In this document: positions 53,193 to 64,000 of the stretch, one piece after another
How the letters are laid out: every line of letters begins with the position of its first letter
Numbering within the stretch: position 1 is the stretch's first letter
Origin: Octopus vulgaris
Lineage: Eukaryota
Direction of reading: 5' to 3'
Length of the DNA stretch: 64,000 nt
Assembly: GCA_951406725.2 (NCBI GenBank)
Contig: OX597814.1
Location: forward strand, 191,208,001-191,272,000
Translations under genes and position numbers: made by a program
Notes under the pieces: model-generated
What the model was told of the DNA's origin: nothing
Databases searched by the model: none
What the model saw: only the letters and a program-made list of their open reading frames with translations

Positions 53193-53242
53193 GAGTCTAG
53201 ACTTTTCTCAAGGAACTCACTTTCAGAAACATTACCCTAGTT

Positions 53243-53540
53243 CAGGCCTGGCCAACTCGAATTACACTGCAGGCTATTTTAATCACAGAAAGTTTTTTGA
53301 AGGCTGACAGAATTGAAAGCATTTTGCTTTTTCATGCTGTAATTAAAATAATGAATGAATGGTCATTGATTCAACATGAAATATTATCGTTGCAAAAACA
53401 GTAGTGTCTTTCATTTTTACTTTTCATTACAATCTTGAATTTTTGATAAAATTTTTTAAATGTTTGTTTAAATAAACCCATTTCAAGAAAGTATCAAGTG
53501 GGCCGCATGCGGCAAGCAGGCTTCAGGTTGGCCAGTCCTG
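53243..53540. mobile_element. hAT (Charlie-like) MITE
   Basis: TIR caggcctggccaac / gttggccagtcctg, degenerate TSD ccctagtt/ttctaatt. Confidence 0.65.
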
Positions 53541-53894
53541 TTCTAATTCATAGGAGAGTGCCACTATTGTTACCAGGCTTCAGGAAGCAAGGGCCATGCA
53601 GAATGTGACCCCAAAAGTTTGAAATTTGGACAGGAGTCAGACAGTGTTTGTTGAATATTGCTTTTTCTTATTGGACAGAGATGTGGTTATCAAAATGGGA
53701 TTATTCTAAAATAAAACTTTAAAAAAAAAACAGTGTGGAGTTAGAAAAGAGATTTCCAGTAGCAACCTTCTGCTCCAAATCCAAACATGAAAGACACAAA
53801 ACCAATTGATGATCAAGATGATAATGATCAACATATTGATCTTTGCTAAGAGAAAGAAAGGTCTAGTTTCCTCCATAACTATAATTTTTACTCT

Positions 53895-54101
53895 CTCTTT
53901 ACTCTTTTACTTGTTTCAGTCATTTGACTGCGGCCATGCTGGAGCACCGCCTTTTAGTCGATCGGATCGACCACAGGACTTATTCTTTGTAAGCCTAGTA
54001 CTTATTCTATTGGTCACTTTTACCGAACCGCTAAGTTATGGTGACGTAAACACACCAGCATCGGTTGTCAAGCGATGTTGGTCGGACAAATAGACACACA
54101 A

Positions 54102-54169
<68 letters not shown>

Positions 54170-54327
54170 GATGGGCTTCTTTCAGTTTCCGTCTACCAAA
54201 TCCACTCACAAGGCTTTGGTCGGCCCGAGGTTATAGTAGAAGACACTTGCCCAAGGTGCCATGCAGTGGGACTGAACTCGGAACCATGTGGTTGGTAAGC
54301 AAGCTACTTACCACACAGCCACTCCTG
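53895..54327 (-). mobile_element. tRNA-head SINE, family A
   Basis: Full-length match. Further copies lie at ~58008-58365 and 63503-63680 (truncated). Confidence 0.8.
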
Positions 54328-55952
54328 CTGTTAACCATTTACTTTTTTAAAGTTCCAGCATGGTTCTCTGTTGGTTATGACAATGAGGGTTACAGTTAAT
54401 CTGATCAACAGAACAGACTACTCATAAAATTAACATGCAAGTGGCTGAGCACTCCACAGGTACACACACTCCTAATGTAGTTCTCAGAGTGATTCAACAT
54501 GACACAGAATGTGACAAGGCTGGCTTTATTGGATTACAGGTACAACTCATTTTTGCCACCTGAGTGGACTGGAGCAATGTTACATGAAGTGTCTTACTCA
54601 AGGACACAATGTGCTGCCGGCAATCAAACTGATGACCTTATGATCATCAGTCAAATACCCTAACCACTAAGCCACCGTGTTTAACAAAGGAGCCTCTTTG
54701 TGCAGTCAGTGGACCTGCTAGAAATAGTAACCAAAATGCCCTCACATTGTACCTTACTATCTTAAAAAAAAGGAAAGAAAGAAACATTAAACAGTAATAA
54801 ATAGCATATTTCAAGACAAGAAAAAAAAAAGATACAACGTAAAGGCATTAAATAATGTAAACAAACATAGAACGAACAAAGTAAATAATTCAAATATCAA
54901 TAAAATAATATTCCGAGAAGTGGGTCAAACTTCTGAGTAATGTAGCGTTTGTATCACTTGGTGGCGTGCTTTATATTTTCAAATCAATTTCAATGTGAAA
55001 ATGCATTGTACATTTTTTAGATACATATTCTATACTTCTTTTAAAATAGTATGAAGGTTGTTAGTTTTTGGTCGAGGCAACTTGCCAACCGACAATAATA
55101 GAAGATGGATTGGTTTGGATTTTTTTTTTCTTTTCTGAATTACATGTGTTTTTATGGATGTCTTTAAATACCAATTAGAGCCAATATTTTATTTATAGTT
55201 CAGTAAAGATTTTTTTTATCTTCCCTTAAAAAAAAAACATATACAAAAAGTTGATTTTCATGTAAATCATACTCTGTTGTCTCAGCATTAAGGATTATAA
55301 AAATTATAAGGATTATCTTGGTGCTAGATACTATGGTATCTACCAGCTGGTGTCCTGTGATGACAATGTTCAATTAAATGCTTAGAACTATAAAAGAACT
55401 TTTGGATATGTTCCAGGGATGAGATATATATATTAATATAATAAATTTAAACACATGAAAGGCTACTGTGGATGAATTGATAACATATTAGAAAAGCTGA
55501 CTCATAATCCGTTTATATCACATCAATGATGCTCTACTGTGTATATGCCCTGGACACTTTACTCTCAAGGCCCAGTCCAACAGCTGTACAAAGGGGATAC
55601 AGGGTTAAATATTCCACTGTTGTACATAACTGCAGCTTTCTGAAACAGTTTATATTCCATTGAGCTCAACTCCTCCCATGGGTGCAGCCAAAAGAAGAGT
55701 CGTCTCCCTTGACCACCCATTGATGGATACTTCTGATAGCCTACATTACACTCATCTATAAAGGATATGGTCTATAACTGTTTATATCCCAATGCAGGAA
55801 CTTAGTTACATCTCTGGCTTACACATTGAAATTTTTAGAATTCACTGCACTATAAAAAATAAATTATCCTATCTGAGAATACAACACCTGGCACATGGAC
55901 ATCCTGTTCAGGGTGTGCTAGTATCATTTATTATCAACTAACTGTGACAAAG

Positions 55953-56210
55953 TGGAGGCACGTGGCTTAGTGGTTAGGGTGTCAGCATCATGATCGTAAG
56001 ATTGTGGTTTCGATTCCTGGACCAGGTGATGCGTTGTGTTCTTGAGCAAAACACTTCATTTCACGTTGCTCCAGTCCACTCAGCTGGCAAAAATGAGTAA
56101 CGCTGCGATGGACTGGTGTCCCATCCAGCTGGGGAACACACATGCCATAGAAACTGGGAAACCGGGCCCATGAGCCTGGCTAGGCTTTAAAAGGGTGCAT
56201 TTATTTATTT
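55953..56210 (+). mobile_element. tRNA-head SINE, family C
   Basis: gtggcttagtggttaggg..ggtttcgattcc (A/B boxes), then gttcttgagcaaaacact..ccagtccactcagctgg. Relatives lie at ~49435-49720 (+), 54370-54680 (-) and 28300-28460 (-). Confidence 0.7.
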
Positions 56211-57646
56211 AACTGTAACAAAAACTATACAATTTCACTTACATTCAACTTAATTCACTCAAATTTCTGTAAATCCTTAATATTCACTAGCCATGTTTCA
56301 TTGTTATAGTGTCATCAGGATTCATCTGCTCCCAACAGGTTGAATATCAAAGATCTCCGGTCTCTTTTTTATTATTCTTACATATTCACCATATGGTAAT
56401 TTAGTCCAGTCCTGGCTGTTATCAAACCATCTTGAGTGTTTGCCATTTATCTTTCCTTCTCATAATAGTCTTTATATATCTTGTGCTCTTACTATGAGAC
56501 CAAAGGACTTTAGCTTCCTGTTTTTTTAGTACTTGAAAGTAATGACCTTTTTGTATTTGCTAGTTATCACTTCATTAATTTTATGATTAATCCAAGATAT
56601 TTTACATGCATTGTATAACCTGCCCTTGTTATCAAAGAGAGTACTTTTGTTGTCAAGGAAACTCTCTTTGTTCCATAAGCCAATAAGGGCACCTGTAAAT
56701 GGTTACACAACTTGCTAAGAATATCAACCAAACTTGCTTCAAGTCAGATTTTACCATCTTAAAGAAGGACAAATTAAATGCACTAAGTTTGAAACAAAAA
56801 AAAGAAGACTTGTTGGTCATAGCTGGAATGCCCTTGATCATAGGTTTGCTTCATCACAGCTGATTTGAGTACAAGCAACAAGAACAGCAACAACTGGAAA
56901 AGCAGCTGCTTGCATATTTTTCAGTCACTCCAAATCTTAGATAACATGTGATCACCAGCTTTGCTTGCATGATTCATAGTATGGTGCTAAGGTACAACAG
57001 TTAATTTTTCAATTCCCAAAACAACCTTTAAACATAATTTAAATGGTTTATGATTTGCAATTCATAGTTTCCCTCAGTATAAGATGTGAACCTTTGAGTC
57101 CCTAATGCATAGATCTGTCATAGCATTAGATCTTTTGTGCACCCATTGATTGCACAGATAAACACACCACTCAGAAAGTAAATGCCTTCAAGGCCTCAAG
57201 CTAGCAATAACTTCATGGAATTAAGCAGATGAGAGACAAATCTTTCCTTGTAGAAGCTATCAATCTTTTGCAAGTTTTAGTCTCAGGTGATATAGTATCA
57301 ATTTCCAATATCTAGATAAACTAAACACAATTTGGTGACAGGTTTGTGTTTCTAAGTAAACATTGTGTGAGCATATAGCCCAATAGTTCAATATTTCATT
57401 TACATGACCAATCCACTTCTATGACAAATATGTCAGCTGATCCACTAAGGAAGAAAGGCAAATGTCAGTCATTTGCAAAAAATTTTGTCTAAGCCTGCAC
57501 ATACATGGTCAATACTGATTGATGGATGTTCTAACACACACATACACACAATTTTTTTAGAGGCCTTACTAACAACTCAAACTTTTGAAGATGGCCTTCA
57601 CAAAAGTGTTTAGAGAAAACAATTGGTTCCTATATATTTCATCTGA

Positions 57647-57878
57647 AGGTGGCGAGCTGGCAGAAACGTTAGCACGCCGGACGAAATGCTTAGCGGTATT
57701 TCGTCTGCCGCTACGTTCTGAGTTCAAATTTCGCTGAGGTTGACTTTGCCTTTCATCCTCTCAGGGTTGATTAAATAAGTACCAGTTACGCACTGGAGTC
57801 GATGTAATCGACTTAATCCCTGTGTCTGTCCTTGTTTGTCCACTTTATGTTTAGCCCCTTGTGGGCAATAAAGAAATT
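57647..57878 (+). mobile_element. SINE family B with degenerate target-site duplication
   Basis: tatatttcatctgaag / tatatttttcatctaaag flanks. Confidence 0.75.
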
Positions 57879-59883
57879 ATATTTTTCATCTAAAGAGATC
57901 TGAAATATTCACTGGACTATTGTAAACAGATCATCATCATCGTTTAACGTCCGTTGTATGACAAAATAATGGATTCATTTCATTTCCAAAGATATCACCT
58001 ATATCTTATCTTGTTTCAGTCATTAGACTGTGGTCATGATGGGGAACCACCTTGAAGAATTTTAATCAAGCAAATCAACTCCTGTACTTAGTATTTTTCT
58101 TAATGCCTGGTACTTGTTCTATTGGTCTCCTCTACTGAACCACTAATTTACAGGGATGTAAACACACCAACACTGGTTATCAAGCAGTGGTTAGGAACAA
58201 ACATAGACACAAAGACACACACACACACGACAGGTTTCTTTCAGTTTCCATCTACCAAATCCACTCTGAAGGCTCTGGTCAGCTGGAGGCTATAGTAGAA
58301 GACACCTGCCGAAAGTGCCACACAGTGGGAATGAACCCAGAACCATGTTGTTGGGAAAGCTTTTTTCTTTGACAAAAAAGAAAAAAAAATACGGCTAACA
58401 AATGATTTTATTTTTTACAGACATTGAGATTATGCAATAGATTATGTCTCTTTTATCACATACTAATCTGTGTAACACACTGGTTTAACTGATTATCTTG
58501 ACTAATATATGTCAACATAGCATTTTTTATAAATGTGGGCATAGCGTTTTCAATATATGTAGGCTGTGAGGGTTGAAAAAGAGGTAGATGAATTGCTATC
58601 ATCATCATCGTTTAACGTCTGCCTTCCATGCTAGCATAGGTTGGATGATTTTGATTGAGGGCTGGCGAACCAGATGGCCGCACCAAGCTCCAATCTTAAT
58701 CTGGCAGAGTTTCTACAGCTGGATGCCCTTCCTAACACCAACCACTCCGAGAGTATAGTGGGTGCTTTTTACGTACCACCGGCAAAATTTAATGGTTTTA
58801 AAACTTGTCCACTACCATGGTGAAGAGTGAAGAATTATATGGATATAAACTTTATTTTTTTGTCTTCTCATAAATAAAGAGTGGGTTGAAGAGAAGAAAT
58901 TTTCCATAATATTTTGATTGGAAGGAGTCTAGCTGTTATCAGTTTCAGCAACACACTTTGCTAACATAGTGTTTGTGTAACACCAGTTAGTCCCTTTTAC
59001 AAACCACTTGTATCTGTGACTAACATACCAACTCTGCAATCATCCTTGGCCTCTCCTTTACTTCTGAACCTAACTTTTAACTTTCCTTTGCAATCTATGC
59101 ATCCCATAAGATAACTTGATATTTGTTTCATGCACCATATCTTTGTACCAACAACAGTTACATGACTTGCTAGAAATAGTAGCCAACTCTTTTTCAAATC
59201 TCATCTTACTGTCTTAAAAAGGACACATTAGATAATGTAATCTTAGATACATAATGACAAGAAAACAGACTGGATGATAATGATTGGAGTGCCTTCAACC
59301 ATAGATCTGCTTAAGTAAGCCTGTTCTCTCCATCAACCACAATCTGATATGGAGGCCATGTATTTGAGCCTGAGATACTGGTTTGATGTGCCTACACTGC
59401 CACACTGGCTTGACATGGCTTGGTAGAAGGGTGCAATTTTTATACTGTTAACCTGGGGTAAAGTTGATTACATCGACATGAGTGCTCAACTGGTATTTAT
59501 TTTATCAACTCTGAAAGGATGAAAAACAAAGTCAACCTCAGCTGAATTTGAACTCAGAACATAAGGATGGATGAAATACCACAAAGCATTTTGCCCAGTG
59601 TACTAATGATTCTGCCAGCTCACTGCCTTTTATGGAGTATAGTCTAGGAATAAAATAGCTCAAAAGCAAGTTCAAATAGACAGATTTAGAAGAATATCAA
59701 TGAGTGTTGCATAGCTAAGGTGGAGGGAGGAGTAGCCTGGCCCAAGCAACATTTTTATGGGGGTTGTATTTTTGGGTTTGCTGAATAAGTCTATGTAGGT
59801 TTAGGGGCTCATTGTGAAGGGGAAGAAGCTCAAAGGCTGCTTCAGGAGGTAGTTACACTGCTGATTAATAGAATATTAGTGGA

Positions 59884-60300
59884 AGGCGGTGACCTGGCAG
59901 AATTGTTAGCACGCCAGGTGAAATGCTTAGCGGTATTTCGTCTGCTGTTACGTTCTCAGTTCAAATTCCGCCGAGGTCAACTTTGCCTTTCATCCTTTCG
60001 GGGTCGATAAATTAAGTACCAGTTACGCACTGGAGTCGATGTAATAGACTTAATCCCTTTGTCTGACCTTGTTTGTCCCCTCTGTGTTTAGCCCCTTGTG
60101 GGTAGTAAAGAAATAGGTATTTCATCTGCTGCTACATTCTGAGTTCAAATTCCGCCAAGGTCGACTTTGCCTTTCATCCTTTCGGGGTCGATTAAATAAG
60201 TAGCAGTTACGCAATGGGGTCGATATAATTGACTTAATCTCTTTATCTGTCCTTGTTAGTCCTCTCTATGTTTAGCCCCTTGTGGGCAATAAAGACATAA
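59884..60300 (+). mobile_element. SINE family B dimer with target-site duplication
   Basis: 184-bp internal duplication (59932/60116), with agaatattagtggaagg on both sides. Confidence 0.8.
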
Positions 60301-60877
60301 GAATATTAGTGGAAGGAAGAGAGGGACAAAGAGATGAAGATCTTCTTTGTTTGTTATAGCAAAGATGAAAAATATTTCGGTTAGGGTATCATAAGAGGTG
60401 GTGAAGAGGAAATTATCAATAGAAAAACTTCAAACAACATAGAAAGATTAAGAAATTCTACAATAAGGGAGATGAGGTTTACTGAACTGACCGGGAAAAG
60501 GAATCTGCAGGTTTAAGCATAAATCTTACATTCAATAATGGATGGAAAAGAAACTGTCCGATTCTATGAATGATTAGAATTATCTGCTTGGTTACCTTAT
60601 GCTGGCATAAGCCTGGAACTTTATTGATCTGGACAAGTATGGTTAAGAAAACCCGTTTTTGATCAGTATGAAAGAATTAAAAAAGAGTGGGGACTTTTAC
60701 GGGAGGAATGGTGGTGGGTGGGAGAGAAGGGGGAAGTAAGTATGTATTGATGTTTTTGCTTTTCCCAAGGGTCCAGTGATTTAAGTGAAAAGAACTGGTT
60801 TCAAATAGCAATTGAAATGTCAGCTCACTAGAAGAACACCAATAGGATTGATCTATTCAATCATGATCATGATAACC

Positions 60878-61020
60878 AGTAGTAGTAGTAGTAGTAGTAG
60901 TAATAGTGGTAGTAGTAGTTGTGGCAATGGAATGGTAATAGTAGTGATAGTGGTAGTAGTAGCTGCAGCAGTAATGGTGGTGGTAGTGGTAGTAGTAGTA
61001 GTAGTAGTAGTAGTAGTGAT
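60878..61020. repeat. (GTA/GTG)n trinucleotide tract
   Basis: Read directly from the sequence. Confidence 0.9.
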
Positions 61021-62494
61021 GACAGCAGCAGCAAATTTTGCTTAATCTCCGCTCCCAGGCATATTTGAATTAAAAACAGTTTTCTTGGACATATGCTCGC
61101 TCTGTTGTTGTACAATAAGAAGAAACATTGAAACTGTTACATTGTCTTAAAAGGAGAAATATTATCTTGAACATCCAACAGATGACAAACTAAGCCAATT
61201 GTGTTAAGTAATTCACCAAGATCTAATTTCACTTGATTTTTATTCAAACAATGTCATTACACATTTGTGTAGTGTAGCTTCTACTGTGTTAGATGTCATT
61301 GAATAGATTCAATTCATTTAAACTTGTTGGAGCAGGGATGAGCTAAATAGATAAGAAATTATCTAAAGAAATGAATGTTTAAATCATTACTAAGCGAGAG
61401 TAACAGGTTTAAATTCATGAGTCAATTGAGAAGAGTTAAGGTGCAGGAACTAAACCCAATGTCAAAATAACTTTTATATTCCCCCTCCGCACTGCTCCTA
61501 CACCTAGCACATCATTCTCCTACCTTTTAATCTATCCTCTTTCTCAGGCCACTGCTAGCTCTTTCACCTCATCCTGTCACCATACTGGCATTTCCCATCA
61601 ACTGCACCTCTACCCTTGCTCATCACTTACTGCACTTACCTCTATCTCAATCTGTTTGTCTTTCCTCACATTCTTATAAAAGTACCCCACCACTTCTTTC
61701 CTCCCCTGATCTACTGTCTGCATCCTTTCTTTTGTACCTTGGGAGTTTGCTCTGGCACCCCACCTTAATCTCTTTCCCAGCTGCTCCCACCCTTATATAA
61801 TGTGGGGCAGTATGTTATGTATCTCTTCTATAGCGAGACATCTGTGCTTGTTCCTCTGCCATACCTTAGCCTCTCAACACCTAGCGTAAAGTTACCCACT
61901 CCCACTCAGTTGTTCTTTTTCCTGTTCTTTTTCTGTCTTGCAGGGTACTTAGCAACCTCACTAATGTCAGTGTCATGAAAAAAGCACACAGTCCATTCAG
62001 TAAAGTGGTTGGCATTAGGAAAGGCATCCGGCTATGCCAAAAGAGACCTCACCAGAGCTGGTGTTACATAAAAAGCACTGAGTCCACTCTGTAAAGTGGT
62101 TGGCATGAGGAAGGGCATCCAGTTGTAAAGATCATGCCAATGAGACAGTGGGGTTTGATGCAGTTCTTTGGCTTGCTAGTGTCTAGCAAACAGTTCAACC
62201 TATGCCAGAATGGAAGATGGATGTTAAATGAGGATGATAAATGATAACGATGATGATGTTCTTGTGAAATAAATTTGGCTGAAAGTAGGGCTAAACACAG
62301 CCACAGATGATGATCATCATCATTTAGAGAGACAATGTATAAGTACAAGTTAAATAATGGAGTCAGTTTAATCAACTGTTGCTTCCTCCTAAAATTTGTG
62401 GCCTTGTGTCTATGATAGAAATTATTACCATTAGTATTATAATGATGACAGGCCATATAATATTACTCTATATTTTTGAGATGAAGAACTTTCA

Positions 62495-62777
62495 TTATTT
62501 ATAATGGATGGATAAGTGTCCTCATCTTGTTTGTTGTTATCACGTTTCATCTGATGTACTCTCCAGCCTTCATCAAGTGTACTGGTGGAATTTTGAACCC
62601 AATCCCTTTATTTGACTAATGGGGTACACTGTTCTCACTCCTAAGGTATGTTGCTGATGTTATTTTTCTGTTAATATTATTTTTCAAGTCCCTAACTGGG
62701 ATTGAACTTAGAATTTGAGCGTTAGTAGCCTGCGCTTTTATCCAAGATGAGGACACCTCTCTGCCCATTATAAATAA
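62495..62777 (-). mobile_element. Element with ~34-bp terminal inverted repeats and a decayed HHR-like motif
   Basis: tatttataatgg..gtgtcctcatcttg / caagatgaggacac..ccattataaata. Minus strand acac-TTGATGAA-ggctg..cagat-GAAACGT at 62538-62580. Confidence 0.45.
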
Positions 62778-64000
62778 GGTCATATAATGATTTTACTTTT
62801 ATTGCCTTCAAAGTGGAAAAGAAAAGGCTTAACAAGAAGGTAATCAAAATACTTATGTCACTGCCTTAGTCTACATACCTCCTAGCTATTTAGTGTTGCT
62901 CTCTCACCCTGTCGCATGACTGAGGCGTGGTGGGTGGTGAATCAACAAGATAAGTCACATGCTGGAAGTTTGAATGTATTTAAGCTGACATAATGAAAAG
63001 GTGTTGTACTGCTGCTATTAATCTTTCAAAGAAAAGAGTAGCCAGAAAAAAAAAAAATGCAAGAGAGAGAAACTATGTCAGATAAGCTGTAAACAATGTA
63101 ATGATAAAGCTAAACTTTAAATCAGAATTAGAACAGTGTCTTTGGCAGGTTTGCTTTCTCTTAATGTTATATTCAGTGTTTTAATTAGATTTTCATAATG
63201 GATGAGTTAATTTATTCTATCATCAACATCATCATCATTTGATGTCCACTTTTCCATTCTTACATGGGTCAAATAGAAACCGAGGCAGATTTTGACCCAG
63301 ATGCTCTTCCTCTCACCAACCATCACCTGTTTCTTCACAATGTAATATTTTCCCATGGCTAGACATGTCTTTCATAGAAAACTGAAAATGAAGCCACCTC
63401 ACTTATGTGATGACGATGCTCATTTACAACCATCACATGATGTCTAGACAAGAACACAAACAGACACACACATACATATGTGTGTGTATGTGTGTGTGTA
63501 TATTCTTTTATTCTTTTATTTGTTTCAGTCATTTGACTGCAGCCATGCTGGAGAACTGCCTTTAGTTGAGCAAATCGACCCCAGAACTTTTTCTTTGTAA
63601 GCCTAGTACTTATTCTATCGGTCTCTCATGCTGAACCGCTAAGTTACGGGGATGTAAACACACCAGCATCGGCTGTCAATCAATGAATGATTCAGGTCAG
63701 AAGACACTTCAATCTCCAAGAATGAATGATCCATACTCTAGAACACTCAATTGAGGATCACAATAAAGTGTTGTTCTCACATCAGAGATAGGCAAGCAAT
63801 TCTCAAACTAAATTATATATAGTTTCATTCAAGAGAAAATGGGGTAAGGAAAGAGTCCTAGAAGGATGTAATTCTAGGGTTATAAGAGTGATTGATTGGG
63901 GTAGTGTTGTTGTTTAACTCCTAGTTAATTTTGATCAAATAGATCTATGATCTAAAGCATTCTAGCTATGATCTTCATGCCTTCTTTTTCAGATACACCT

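Noticed and set aside
55953-56030. tRNA-like sequences with A/B boxes
   Set aside because: These are SINE heads followed by SINE bodies, with no complete cloverleaf.
63975-64000. Plus-strand polypyrimidine-CAG acceptor-like site at the window edge
   Set aside because: Only 8 nt follow, so it cannot be evaluated.

Overview
AT-rich, repeat-dense eukaryotic DNA. The SINE/LINE repertoire suggests an octopod cephalopod (inference, not verified). The only host gene I can support is the 3' end of an SLC46-family MFS transporter (PCFT/SLC46A1- or SLC46A3-like) on the minus strand, with three coding exons at 29033-29116, 25954-26110 and 16527-16698. These have GT-AG sites and compatible phases. No upstream exon was found in the remaining ~35 kb. 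The rest consists of three tRNA-type SINE families, RTE-derived 3' ends, decayed Tc1, mariner, CR1-like and Dong/R4-like fragments, hAT, piggyBac and pogo-like MITEs, a non-autonomous Helitron and microsatellites. Nearly all ORFs in the supplied track are repeat artefacts. The most notable hidden signal is a set of short non-coding elements carrying hammerhead ribozyme (HHR) motifs with Penelope-like architecture. These include one HHR with a fully canonical core (38645-38749), a 206-bp-arm palindrome with an HHR-like motif in each arm (32404-32819), and several variant-core HHRs. Three otherwise dissimilar families, mostly (TA)n-inserted, share an ungapped 32-nt terminal motif. Coordinates of degenerate repeats are approximate.
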